In this document: piece by piece, positions 47,941 through 61,167 of the stretch
Numbering within the stretch: the first letter of the stretch is position 1
Layout of the letters: the number at the start of each line of letters is the position of its first letter
NCBI RefSeq assembly: GCF_036321535.1
Contig: NC_087447.1
Coordinates: forward strand, 558,001 to 622,000
Direction of reading: 5' to 3'
Origin: Camelus dromedarius
Taxonomy: Eukaryota
DNA: 64,000 nucleotides
Made by a program: the position numbers and the translations under genes
Notes under the pieces: generated by a model
The model's database searches: none
Told to the model about the DNA's origin: nothing
What the model saw: only the letters and a program-made list of their open reading frames with translations

Positions 47941-50900
47941 ATGGCGCGCGGCTGCCTCCAGGGCGTCAAGTACCTCATGTTCGCCTTCAACCTGCTCTTC
48001 TGGGTGAGTGGCCACGGGATGTCGGGGATCCGGGGTCGCCGCTTCGGCAGGGGTACGTGGGGGACACCCGGGACGTGGACTGGGAGGCGTGCCTGGGGGT
48101 CGTCGCTCCCTCTGCAGGCCAGGGCTGGATCGGCCCCTGGGGAGGGGTTCCGGTACCTCTGGGGTCCGCCCCGGCCTCTGCACTCTGGGCGGCCGCCCCG
48201 CATCCTCTCCCTGCTCCGTCTCTTCCTGAGACCAGGCGCGTCCCGCACCTGCCGCAGGATCGCCTCAGGCCCCGTGCCTGGCCTCTGCCGGGTTTAAGTC
48301 CCTGTCAGTGCGCGGGGCCGCGGGTGCCTTCCCTCCGTCCCCTTCCCTCCCTCTTCGTGGCTGCAGCGCTTGTCTCTTCTTCCCTCCCCTCCTCAGCAGA
48401 CTGGCCTACCGGGCTCCAGGGACCACACTTAGGGAGGGGCTGAGGAGGGGAGTTGGTTCCGCGACTCCTGAAGCGCGGTGGGGCGGGAGAGGAGGGTGTG
48501 TGGGTGATTGCTCTGGTTGGGCCCGAGCCTGAGCAGGATGGTGGGCCAGCAGGAGAGGGGTCTGGCCTCTGCTGCTCATCCAACATGAGGGGGGGGGGCA
48601 TCCATAACTTTTGCAGAGTTGGGTTGGGTTTGCTCAGATGAGGTGCCTGTGTTCAGGGTCAGAGGTGTTGGTGCTGCAGGGTTGTCCCCTCCCTGCAAGA
48701 TTGAGAACAGAGGGTCCACCCAGTCCCTTAAGGGCAGGGAGGGTGCTGGACTGGGGCTGGGGCAGGTGTCACACCTGGCTCCACTGGTCGCGCTGGGAGA
48801 AGGTTGATGGAGACATGATGCCAAGGTCACACTCCCTGCTCAGTTGTTAATTCCTGATCGGACCCTCCTTCCACAACTGGGAGTAAGGGGGTGTGGCTTT
48901 AGCTCCTGCCTGGGCTCTGGGCCCCAGAAGAAGGCTGTCATTTGTAAGCTCATTTGCATGAGGTCCAGTTAAGGCCAAATGCTCAGAAAGCCCGTCTGCC
49001 TTTCTGCACCTCCCTTCTATCCTGGGGTGCTGGCTTTCCTCTCCCCAGTTTGTTAAGGGGGGATGTCCCTGAGAGGGGTGGCCAGCCTGGGAGGTTCCTG
49101 CCCTGATGCCCGTCTCCAGAAGGGGTCACCCGCAGGTTTTCTTCTCTGCAGGGGGCTCCTGGGAGGGGCAGGCCCCAGGCCAGAGTGGAGGGGTACACGG
49201 GAGGCCAAGAGCCAGCAGCAGAGGCGGTGTGCAGCTGGAACTCTGCCCAGGCATGAGAAGAGGGGACTGTCTTCTCTTGGTGGGGGACGTTGACCAAATG
49301 TAGGGGCACCAGTGTGGTTAGCACTGAGCGGCTGGCAGGGTCAGCATGCCCTTGGCAGTGTGACAGGAGAAGGCTGCAGGTGACAGTGTGACCAGAGCTG
49401 GCAGCCATGGGTGTGAGGGAGGTGAGCCATGTTTGTGGCAGAGTGACAGGGGAATGGGCTGAGGGTGTGGGGGATGGTCCTACGTGGTGGCAGCACCTGC
49501 TTCTCCCCTTCCCTGCCCTCCTCAGTGACCTCTGCTTGCATGGAGGAGAAGGGGTCCCTCAACGTGGCCTGTGCTCTGAGAGCAGCCCACCCCAATGGGC
49601 TCTTTGCCCTGTGCACCTGCAGGAGCCCCCTGCCAGCTGCAGGGTGGACACACTCCACTGATCCCCATCGTGGATGCCGTCCTCAACCCAGGAAAGAAAA
49701 GTCAGGAAGCCCTCTGGGACTCTCCCCTGAGAAGAAAATCCAATTCCCTTTTATTATCCAATTACATTTCCCAGCCAAGCCAACCGGGCCCCTGTACCAG
49801 CCTTGGCCCCTCCACGCCCCAGCTTTGTGTCAGAGGAGTGCAGAGGCCTGGCAGTCAGAGAGTGGACCCATGGGAGATGTGCTGAGGCCAGGGGTGGGGA
49901 GAATGGCTGCAGGCTGGGTGCGACACTCACCCTGCTTTGTCCCTGTGCAGGTGCCAGCTGAGCCCTTCCTGCTGGGGACCAAGGCTGCAGGCGACAGGGT
50001 GGCGGCTAGAACATGCCTTCCCAGGGACGCTGGCTCCTTTGCTGCCTGGGGGCACTGGGCCCCCACAGGAGTGGTAGTTTTTGCCCCCAACTCCATTTCT
50101 CCCCGAGAGTGTCCTGCCTCAGCCTCCCCACTGGGTTTTTTAAGTAACAGCGTTACTGAAATTTATGTGATATTTATTCACATACCACACAATTAACCCA
50201 TTTGAAATGTGCAGTTCAATGCTATTCACAGAGTTGTGCAACCATCACCAAAATAAATTTTAGGACATTTGATTCGAGCCATGAAAGGTTCACCATGGGC
50301 TCCGAGGTGGTGGTGGGGGAGCCAGTGGGCTGGAGACCCTCTCCCCCTCACCTGTGTCAGTCCTGACTCCACTCTCCAGGGATGGGCCGGCTCTGGCCAT
50401 AATTGACTCCTCGTGCTCTGTTGGACAGGTCTCCCTGGGGGCTCCTGGCTGGAGTCCTGAGGGCAGAGCTGAGGCCTCCAGCCTTGGGTCCCAGTGGGGC
50501 CGGGAAATGTCAGTACCCATCTGTCCCAGGGTTGCTCTGCCCGTTCCTGTGTGGCCGGTGGGTCATGGACCCATCTCAGGGGAGGAACCAGGCCTGCTTG
50601 TTGTCACCAGTGCTTGGAGCTGGGGTGCCCTGAGAAGGGGAGCCAGGAAGGCGTAGGCGGGCGGCAGGGTCACTGGGGGAGGAGAGGCCCAGAGGGGCCG
50701 GTGCTGGGGTCTTTCCGAGCTCAGAGTGGCCAACTCCCAGACCTGCACCTGCCCTCCCGCAGCGGACGGGCCCTCACAGGCAAGGGGCACCCCCCCTGGG
50801 GGTGCAGCCTCCCTTCTCTGAGGTATGCACAGGGGGTCAGCAGCTTACGGCCAGAGTCCCTGGGGCAGGGTGTCTCCTGGGAGCACCATCCTGGTGATTA

Positions 50901-53900
50901 GGGCTCTGTGCAGGGCCCAGGAGTGAGGGCCAGGGGCTGAGCAGCCCCTGGGAAGCGGCCGGGGTTGGGCAGAGGAGGGAGGCGCCTCCCTGCCCCTTCC
51001 TTGCTCTGGGTCAGGTGCTCAGGGCTCCCCCAGCGACAGTTACCGCAGCCCCAGATGTAGTCTGGTTGGTCTGGGGATGGTCCTGGGTGGAGGCAAGGCT
51101 GGGTTCAGAAACAGTGAGGGTACTTCTGGGGCTCTCCTGTGGCCAGGTGCCATGCCCAGCCCTAGCCTTGCAGCCCAGGTCCTCTTGGATTTGGGTGAGC
51201 CAGGGTGGGTGGGCAGCTGTGAAGGGAGGGGGGGTCCCTGACCACCCTGGTCCAGGCAGGGGTCAGGATGCCACAGGACAGCTGTTCTGCATGAGTTCTG
51301 TCCTTGGGGCCAGCAGCTGGCTGACTGGACAGATGGGGACTCTGGGGCCTGGGGATGTAACCCCTCTGTGGTGGCAGCACTGGGACCCCTCCCCTGTTCC
51401 CCTCCCACCGTGCCCAGCCGTTGCCCTGCTGCAGTGCGGATGGCAGGGAAACAGTCCATTTCTCAATAATCAACTATTAGGAGGTTGGTGGCTCCCCGGA
51501 TGGGTTGGGGGTGGCAGGGGCTGGTCAGGGGGCTGTGGGCTCCGGCTGGCTCTGGTGCAGTCCTGGGTGGCCATGTTTGGCCTGTCCACCCAGTGACCCA
51601 GACGGGCTCCGTGGGACCCCTGTGTCAACCTGCTGGGAGGGAGGGTGAGGGGAGAGTCATGGCCTCTGTATGGGTAGAACCTTCCAGACACAAAGCAGAG
51701 GCAGAGCGAGCTGCAGGCAGGGTGGGAGTTCTGTCTGGGGCGGAGAGGGGACAAGGAGCAGTGCAGAGGCCAGAAGGCCTGAGTGGGCAGAGGGGGCCGG
51801 GGTCCCAGCCCCACCCCCCACCCTAGGCCCTGTCCCCCGTTCAGTTCCCCAGCCCCTGTGCAGGGCAGACCTGGTTTCTGTTGCAGGGGACACATTCTGC
51901 ATGAGCTTCGTGTCCATGGGCCCCCTCCCTGCCCCCGTGCCTGCTCTTGGCTGGGAGTGGGGTGTTGCTCGCCGTGCCTAGCCCCACCCTGAGCCTGCGT
52001 TGGCTGCCGGGTGCTGGGCTTCTGGACACAAGCTTGGCCCCTGTGGGCACGCAGCCCTCCACCCCCTTCCAAAGACATGGCCAGCTGCCCGGCCATCTGC
52101 CACACTGAGCCATGTGGCCGGAGGGGCAGCAGTAGAGGGCCGGCTGGTATCCACCCGCCATGGGCCTGGAGGGGGACAGCATCACTAGCCTAGTGGTCCC
52201 CACCTGCCTAGCCCTAGGCCAACCTGAAAAATAGCTGGGCAAGAAAAGAGATGTCAGGAAGTGAGGAACACGTGCCAGGTGCTGGGCTGGGGCTGGGGAC
52301 AGGTGAGGGCAATGGAGGACAGGGTGTGCCCTCAAGGTGTGTGCCAGGGAGACAGGCCACAGCTGACTGTGGGACTAGGGTGGGAGATCCCAGTGAGGGG
52401 GCTGGCTCCTCTCCCAGGCTGTCATGGGGTCGAGGTCTTCTTCTAGGCCTCACCAGGGCTTCTGTCTGGCCCAGGCAGTGATGAGTGGGGCTGGGGAGGT
52501 GCAGGGTAGGCATCATCAGGGTGGGGTGGGACCTCGGCCCCCCGGCCCCCCACTGCTGATGCCCCGGCCACCTGTCCTGGGAGAGACCTCGACCCTGCTT
52601 GTCCTGCGTTGACGCGCCATCTAACGTGGCCCACTTTCTCCTGTACTTGGAGGCTGTAATTTTCTTGCCAAAATGTTTTAAAAGCTGCATACACAGAAAC
52701 GTTTTCAAAACCACAGATAATTGTGTTAACCCTGTGTGCATCTCAGCGCGTCGGTGAGAGTTTTGGTTCCTGGTCTGTGTGGATGTGCCTGAAAGTGGCG
52801 GGGCCTGGGGGGTTTGGGGCATGTCTGTGACGTGTGTCCGTGTGGTGGGTGACACTGTGCGATGCTTAAGGGCGTCTGACAGCCTGGGCTGGGTGCCGCG
52901 TCCCTGTGTGTCATGGCACGCACCTGGGTGACAGCCAGCGGGTGTCTCTTCTGCCACTTTGGGGTGGAGGTGAGGGTGTTTCCTGGAGTGTTAATTAAAG
53001 AAATGTTTCCACCAGGGCTGGGGGGTGGGGCCCGGCCCCACCAGGCCCCCCGACCCCTACAGCCACTCCGCCCGCAGTGTCCTCCCTGTGCACTTCCGTG
53101 CATCCCACGGGGCAAGGGAGCTCAGAGGGGCTCACTTTCCTGCTGAAAGGAGCCATCCGCCTCTGTCCTTGCAGGCAGAGCCAGATGGGCAGGCTGTTGA
53201 GGTTTTAAGTAACAGTTCTCCCTGCTGCACCAGCATCTTCCCGCTGCTCAGGGGCAGCCCCACCCACCCCACCGTGGCCCCAGCCTAGATGTAACCTGGA
53301 GATGTAACCCTCCCAGGATGGGTGCTGCTTGTTCAGTGGGGGACGTGCTATGAGCTGGGCATGGGGCCTGGCCTGGCGGTCACTGTCCTTCCAGCTGGAG
53401 AGGGCCTGACTTCAGCTTCCTCCATAGAGAGGCTGTCCTCCCAAATCCCTCTCCTGCCCCAGTCCCGGGCAGGGGCCAGGGGAGCCCTCTCCATGTGCAG
53501 GTCTGCTTGGGCCCCACTAGGTGCTCCCAGCGCCAGCCTTTCCCAGCATCCTTGGAGATCCCATGAGACGTGGGACAGCCCCTTGGCTCCTGGTTTCTCA
53601 CCTGCAGGTTGGTGGGGAGAGGGTTGAATAAGCCAGCGCCTGTCCCAGCCTCTTTTATGCCCCATGGTGGCAGCCCCTGGGCGGACATGGGGTGTCCAGA
53701 GGCACGGGTGGCCCAGCCTTGCTCCCTCTTGGTGGCCATGCCTGCAGTCAGCACCGTGGACAGCGCTGTCCCTGGCACCACGGGTGGGGGCCTGCCCCAC
53801 AGGGGGTAACCCCACCCCACAGGTGGGGGCACACACATCTCCTGGCAGCACACATGTGCCCTGTCCTGGGGCTGTGCCAAGCCCAGCTCTGGCACACACT

Positions 53901-56900
53901 CAGGCACACGTGCCCCCCACGCCCCTCACGGACCTGCAGGCCCCTACCCTGCTTTGCCCTGGGGAGGGGCTCAGACGGGCAGGATGAACAGGCCAGGGCA
54001 GGAGCCTCTGTGGGGGGCCTGGCGCAGCCTCAGCCAGCAGCAGCCAGAACAGGTGTGGCTTATAATTTTTAGACAGAAGCTCTTCTGTTTTGTGGACAGC
54101 GCAAAGAGGGATAGGGTGGGTGATGGAGAGAAGCTGAGCTAACTGGCCCCCCATGGGGTAGGTGTGGGCATTCTAGCCTGGAGCTCTCCTGTCCACCTCA
54201 GCCAGCCCTGGGCAAGGCCGAGAGGGACATCGGCCACCAGCAGCAGACCTGGGCCAGAGCCCCTGGTACCTGCCCACACCCCTGGGATCCTGGGGCTGCT
54301 CCTGCTCTTGGGCTGGGAGCTGTACCGCCCCCACCCCATAATTGCAGTCTTCTGCCAGCCTGGCTTAATGCATGTGTGCTCCCCAGGGGCTTAGTGAGAG
54401 TGGAGCAGCGGCCCCCACCCCTACCCCTGCAGCCAGGGCTGAACTGCTGGTGGGGGCAGGGCGAGTGAGTACACGTGCCGAGGGAGAAGGCCTCCTTAGG
54501 CAGGGGTTTCAGGGCCCATCAGGCCTGCCTAAGTCATGGGGTATCTACCAGGGTCCAGGCCAGCCTCAAGGAGGCTTCTGGGCCCCGGGGGTGCAGGGCC
54601 CCATGTCCTGTCCAGTCCCAGAGTGGTGTGGAGCCCCCAGGGCTGCCTGGCCTTCCCCGAGCCCGTCAGCCATCCGCCTCCAGCTGGTCTCTCGAAGCCT
54701 GGGTTGCCTCAGGACCCAGAACCGGCTAGCATTTGTAGGGGGCTGCCTGCCCCTAGCCTGTGCCCTGGACACCTTCTCCCGTTTTATCTTGGGATGGCTC
54801 AGAGGCCTCAGAGTCCTGGGGGGCCAGAGCCGCAGCCCCTCAGCTGCCCTGGCTCCACCCTGCTCCCCACCGCTAGGAGGTGGGCATGCCTTCCTCACGG
54901 AAGGCCGAGAGCTCACCTTGGATTCATCACTGCTTGGCCTTCTCCCCTTCCTCATTTTAATTGATTTTTGTAGTAACAAGCAATTATGGAGCTCAATAAA
55001 AGCTGCAGTGGTGGAGGAGAGGTGGTGGCAAGGGCACGTGGGGGCTGCACTTCAGAAGGGATGGTTAGGGGAGGGCATGTGGGGGCCCAGCTGGGGTGAC
55101 GGGACAAGATGGGGAGTTCGGTGGGGCCGCCCGGGACCTGGCGGGACGCTCACCTGCTACTCTGCCGTCCCTCTCTCCCTGCCTGGGTCCCAGCTGGGAG
55201 GCTGCGGCATCCTGGGCGTTGGCATCTGGCTGGCCGCCACGCAGGGGAACTTCGCCACCCTGTCCTCCTCCTTCCCGTCCCTGTCGGCCGCCAACCTGCT
55301 CATTGTCACCGGCACCTTTGTGATGGCCATTGGCTTTGTGGGCTGCATCGGGGCCATCAAGGAGAACAGATGCCTCCTGCTCACTGTGAGTCGGGGGGGG
55401 GTGCTGGGGCCGGGCCGGGCGGGGCCCCCCTTCACGGGACACAGACACACGGGTGCCCGCACACCCACACGCATGCCAGGCAGAGCCCCTTCAGCCGGTA
55501 CCGGGCCCATGCTCTCTGACACCACCTCTCCCATGAACCCTCCCGGCTCCTGCCCCTGCCCTCTTGGCTCCCCAGGACCCTCTGTTCAGAGCTCCCAGCC
55601 CCCGCCTCGGCTTCAGAGGTGGATTTACAGGCAGGATGTTTCCATCCTGTGGAACATAAATCACAGGAGAAGGAGAAGGACCCCTGGGCCAGGCTACGCC
55701 TATTAGTATGCCTGGCAGCGGCCACCGGCGGCTGACTCAAGCCTGAAATCACCTGCTTCATCTGGGGCCTCTGTCTGAGGAGCCCTTGCTGGGGAGGGGC
55801 CTCCCAGAGGGTGCGTCCCCTGTCTGTGCAGCTACCCAACGTGTCCAGTATATGCCCCAGATGTTCCCTTCAGGGCGGTGGGTAGGGGTGGAGCTGAGGC
55901 CCCCAACCCTGACCTTTCCCACGGGGTGACTTGGAGGTCAGAGGTCAGAGGCTAGTGCTCCACTGTTCAGCCCGGTCAGGGCACCTGGGCTGAGGTCAAG
56001 GCTGTGACTTGAGGTACCACCACCCAGTGGGCCACCTGTGCGGTCACAGGTGGGGGCTTCTCTAACTTGTTCCTGCCTGAGTGGGCAGTGGCCACCCCTG
56101 GCTGTCCTGAGGGATGGGACCTGGGGGTTGGGGGTACTGCAGTCAGACCCACTCCCTGCAGGGGCCCCCCTGGGCATCGCTGCACCTGCCCGCCGAGCAC
56201 AAGGACACGGGTCTGGAGCACACGTGTGTGCTCGAAGACGTGAGGCTGTGCTCAGAGGTCGGGCAAGACCCGACAGCCCCTGGCACAGAGACTGGAGGGC
56301 TCCGAGGGAGGTGGGGCAGCACGAGTGGGGCCTGCAGACCTGGCTTGGGGGCTCGGGCTGAGGCTCGCGCCCCACCCTCTGGGGGCAGCTGGGGGCTGGG
56401 TTGCTGAGGCCGCTGGGTCCTCGCCCGCAGTTCTTCGTGCTGCTGCTGCTGGTGTTCCTGCTGGAGGCCACCGTCGCCATCCTCTTCTTCGCCTACACTG
56501 ACAAGGTGCGGCTCCCCCACTTCGGGTGGGGGGGCTCCATCCTCATCACCATGAGGGCCATGGTGCACAGGCGACGAGGGGGCAGGGGCCCTAGCACGGC
56601 GAGGACCAACAATGGGACCCGGGACCCGGCCGTGCATCTGATTTTAACCACAACCACTGGAGGCCGGGCCTGGAGGGAAACGCTGGGGCCCTGGAGGGCA
56701 AAGCAGTGTGAGCTCCCAGGTGGCCCCCAGGCTGGGCCCCCTGCTCCTGCTGACTTCAGCTGTGTATTAGTCGGATGAGGAAAATCTCCTATCCCCCATG
56801 GATTTATTTCATTATTTACACCAGTGAGGGCTCATTTACATTATTCTGAGTTATATACTCCAGGACTGTTATTTTTTGCTCGTCTGTCTTAGCTTTGGTG

Positions 56901-58317
56901 GCTAGGAGCTCTCACTTGCTCCTGTGAGGAGATGCACCTCCTTCAGTGCACCTCCTCTCTGGGGAGTCCCTGCCCCAGCCCTGGACTTGGCCATTTCTCC
57001 AAGGAGCCTGGTTCCTTTCCTGGAGGATGGTCTTAGGAATGAGGACCTCGGCCCTCTTGGCCGACAGCAAGATGTGCGGGTCCTGACAGGTGTGGGCAGA
57101 CGCAGCTGAGGGTTTCTGTACTGTCTCCCTCTGAACATAACTGACGGACGTCGTGCTGATGTCTGACTCGAACCCCGGGCTCAGCACCACGTGTGGCCCA
57201 GGGAGACCAAGGGGCAAAGGCCTGAGCCTGCTGAGGGCTTCTGGGAGGGGGTGACTCCAGGAAGGGGGACAGAAGGCACGGGGTGGGGGCCTGGGCAGAG
57301 GTGGGGTCTGGACGAGGTAGGTGGAGCTGGCTGCAGGGTGGCCCTGCTGTCCTGCAGATCGACAGGTACGCGCAGCGGGACCTGAAGAGGGGCCTGCACC
57401 TGTACGGAACCCCGGGCAACGTGGGCCTCACCAACGCCTGGAGCATCATCCAGACAGACGTGAGTCGGGGCGTGGCAGCGCCGGGCGTGGGCGGGGCCAG
57501 GGCGTGGCCAGGGCACAGTCCCAGCCCGCACTTCCTCCGCAGTTCCGCTGCTGCGGGGTCTCCAACTACACCGACTGGTTCGAGGTCTACAACGCCACGC
57601 GCGTGCCCGACTCCTGCTGTCTGGAGTTCAGCGAGAGCTGCGGGCTGCACGCGCCCGGCACCTGGTGGAAAGCGGTGAGGCTGTGCCCTTCCCCCGGCTC
57701 TGGCCCCGGGGACTTGAGGGTGGAGCGCCGGCCTCGCAGCCCCCGGTGACGCCTGCTCTTCCTCCAGCCCTGTTACGAGACGGTGAAGATGTGGCTTCAG
57801 GAGAACCTGCTGGCCGTGGGCGTCTTCGGACTGTGCACAGCTCTGGTGCAGGTAGGGGGTGGGGCTGCCACCGGAACCGCCGGACCCACCCCAGCCCCCG
57901 CCTTCTTCCCCATGGCAAGTCCTGAATGCGGCAGCATCAGGGCAACGCATCTCCGGGATGCAGACGGGGGTTGCAGCCAGAGCGGGCGGACAGCACCAAA
58001 GGTGCTGATTGCAGTTGGATTAACGGTCAGAGGGCAGCTGCTGGGGCCAGGCCTGGCACCCGTGGGTCCTGACACCACCCGTGGAGGCCAGGGTGGGTGG
58101 CCAAACCTGAGGGGAAAGGGTCTGGACTGAGCCCTAGGGTTACAGGCCATCCAGGCAGTGGGGTGGGGTCAGGGTGCCTACTGGGGCAGGACCTCTCTGG
58201 GCTGTCATCCCTGGAGCAGCCCTGCCCAGCTGCCACCTGTCCCCACAGATCCTGGGGCTGACCTTCGCCATGACCATGTACTGCCAGGTGGTGAAGGCGG
58301 ACACCTACCGTGCGTAG
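47941..58317 (+). CDS. TSPAN4: Tetraspanin-4, 238 aa (canonical form)
   Basis: join(47941..48003,55194..55385,56431..56505,57358..57459,57543..57674,57768..57851,58249..58317); MARGCLQGVKYLMFAFNLLFW..., FRCCGVSNYT, PDSCC, ...ADTYRA; exon acceptor TAG at 47921-47923; AATAAA at 58741-58746. Confidence 0.97.
50136..50273 (-). mobile_element. L1MB-type 3' end fragment in TSPAN4 intron
   Basis: TTCACATACCACACAATTAACCCATTTGAAATGTGCAGTTCAAT...TATTCACAGAGTTGTGCAACCATCACCA...AATTTTAGGACATTT is a typical reverse L1MB 3' end. Confidence 0.85.
56800..57060 (-). mobile_element. L1MC/L1MD-type fragment in TSPAN4 intron
   Basis: TTATTTTTTGCTC...AGCTTTGGTGGCTAGGAGCTCTC and CCAGCCCTGG...GCCATTTCTCCAAGGAGCCTGGTTCCTTT...GGAGGATGGT match the reverse L1MC 3' region. 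Confidence 0.7.
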
Positions 58318-61161
58318 GCTGCGTGCTGCCTGCCATCCCTGCTTCGCTGCCAAAGGATGTTGCCCACTGGGGAGAGGACTGCGTCCCCACCTGCCTCCCC
58401 CGTTGCAGGACTTCTCACCAGCTTGGGCATAAGGAGGGGAGGAGCAGGCAGCCAGACCCCCCAGGACTCCCAGCCAGGCCTGTGAACGTGATGCTGGATG
58501 GGGTGGCCGAGTCCTGGCCTGGGGCTGGGGTCGGGAGGGGCTTCTGGCACTTTTTACACCCAAGTATTCACCAGAGTAGTGTTTTCCCCAACAAACCCTG
58601 TCCAGGGCAGGGGGTTGGGGCCACACACGGGTTGGGGTGGGAGGTGAGGGGCTGACCGCTGGTCCTGGTGCTCGAGGCGGGGCCACAGCCCCGCCATCCA
58701 CATTCCACAGTGGGGCCAGGGTAGGCTCTGGGTGCATCTTAATAAAGTGTGTGGGCAGCAGCCCCTGACCCGTGTCTGTCAATGCCCTGACCTGTTATGG
58801 GCCTGGTGCCTGGAGTGGGCCTGGGGAGCTGCCCAGGCTGGACGGACGGGGGTTCCTGTGTCCGCAGAGGACGGCAGGAAAACCTTAGTAAGAGGAATCC
58901 AAGCAGTGTAAGAGAAGAGCCCTGAGCCTCCCTGACATCCCACCCCCGCCTTGGGGCCTCGCCCTCCCCCTGGGCTGTCCTCACCGAAGGGACTTCAGCT
59001 CCATCTTTCCTGTAACTTCCTGTTCCTAGGGACTTGGCCCTGTGAGTGCTCCTCTCAAGATTTTGCAAATTAAGTAGGCTGTCGGGAGCGGAACGGTTGT
59101 CACAGCCCAGTTAGAGAAGTGGGTAAGCTACGTCAAACCACCTCAGACGGGATGAGGCTTCCTGAGGTCAGCACTGAGGGGGAGAGCAGAGGCCAATAGG
59201 TCTGGGGGCCCCTCCCAGGGGCCTCACTAGCTGTGGGGCATCTGACCCCCAAAACTGCACCCATAATCTGTTTCCAGCCCCTACTCCTGCTCACCCTGTG
59301 GCCCCACCCACTTGGTCACCCCGACCCCCTCTGCATCACTGCTGTTGTGCGGCGACCTGCCTGGTGATGCCCAGCCAAGTACCAACCAAGGCACCACCCA
59401 GCCCACCAGGACACCTGGCCCCTCCTGGCTCTTGGCTTCCTGTTGGCATCGCACTCATCCCACTGACTCCACCTGTCCTCATTCCACGGAAGCCACCAGA
59501 GGTCACACAGGGACTTAGGCTGACGTGGGCCCTCAATCCAGCCCTGACTCAGCTCCCCTCAGCCCGAGCTGCCTTGGTCCCGCTGGGACGTGCAGGGCCT
59601 GTTTCCTCCAGGGCCAGCCCTGCTGCCTGCTGCGGTGTGTCCTGGCCCAGGCTGCCCCTTTGCTGGTCCTCCATGTCTTCCAAACCCCAGGCCGGGGAGC
59701 CTCATGTGCGCCTGGCATGCCTCTCGCTCCACGTCCACTGACACTGACTCACGCTGTGGCCCCACTGCTGACTTTCCTCCCCCGTGTCCCCACTCCTGAG
59801 CAGACCTCCAAACACACCAGGTCCCAGCACTCACTCCCAGTGCAGTGGCCTCTGCGCTCCCCTCCCACTGATGCCTCTGAAGTTGGAGGGAACCAGCTCG
59901 TGCTTTCAGCTCCGCCCTCTAGCCCACAGCCGGTGGGGGGGGGGTGCCAAGGTGGGGCCTTGGGGAGATGGGCTGTGGCCCCATGTGCCAGTCGGCAGAC
60001 CAGCACACTGACTGACCCCCATGCACACACAGGAGCGCACACACCCACTCACAGCAGCTTCTGAGGGCCCCACTTCACCCCTCCTTCCATTCGAGCCCAG
60101 CCCCACCTCACATGCCAGATCTGGGGGACCAGGCCTGTCTCCCAGAACCAACAGACCACCCTACCCCACCCCAATAGCAGGCCTAGGTGGGGACAGCCCT
60201 GGGGAGGCCTCTGTGTGGGTCGGGAGAGGGCCCTGTCTGACGTACCAGCCCATGTACTTATCTGAAGCCCACACCGGCAGAAGCTGGGTGCCCAGGTGGG
60301 CTGCCTTCCCAGACAGACTGGTTTCTGCTGTGGAGCTGCGAGGTCAGACTTCCTGTCCACACCACGAGCAGCTCCTCGGGGCAACTCCTGAGGACCCGGC
60401 CAGTCCTTGACCCCAGGGACAGTTGTGTGTCCCCTAAAGCCCTCCCCTAATTATGCCCCATAGCAGCAGTGACTGTGACCCCATGTGCTTCATCAGCTGT
60501 ACCCGAGCTCACGCCCGACATCTGACCAGCGAGCCCACAGGCACAGTCAGCATGACCACAGGGGTTCATCTGCTGGGAACCAGTGGGCTCACTGAGGTTC
60601 CTCACTGGGGAGGAGTAAGGGCAGGCTCAGCTGCCCCTTGGCTCCAGGCAATCCCAGATTTCTTCCCAGTGTGTCCCCCTGGGAGCATGGCTGCACCTGC
60701 GGGCAGCGGGCCAGCAGCAAGCTATCACTCCACAGCGACCACACAGCTCATGGGCACCAATGGGCTCCCAGAGGGCCCAGGTCCCCTGGGGCAGAGCTGG
60801 CCCCCACGCCCTCTACTTGTGGGGCCTGTCAGGCTCCTCTGCAGGCAGGCCAAGCCGGAGCCTGCAATGGGAGGCGGGCCCCTCTGCACTGCCCTGGGAA
60901 GATGCCCAAAGTCGGAGAGATGTGAACAGGGGCCTGGAGTCCTGGTGTGGGGGACCCTGGGATTGTCCTGGAGTCTCCAAACCCACAGCAAACTGCAGGC
61001 CAGTGGGACCCCTGGCCACCCTGTGTGGTGGGGGCTCTGCTTCCTGCCCTCACCTGGCCGGGACTGCCCGCTCCACGTCACTGAAGGGGAGGCTGGGTCC
61101 CAGGACCTCTGTCCCCACCCGATGCCCACAGCATACAGAGCATGGAGAATGGAGAAGAGTC

Positions 61162-61167
61162 TGTATT
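61162..61167 (-). terminator. CHID1: CHID1 proximal variant poly(A) signal AATACA
   Basis: TGTATT on the + strand, 55 nt after the stop codon. I saw no canonical minus-strand AATAAA between here and the TSPAN4 3' end. Confidence 0.5.

Noticed and set aside
54372-55706. 444-aa + strand ORF
   Set aside because: Only 55194..55385 is a TSPAN4 exon; the flanks are intronic read-through of an open frame.
59060-59170. Possible reverse MIR fragment
   Set aside because: Similarity is too weak to call by eye.
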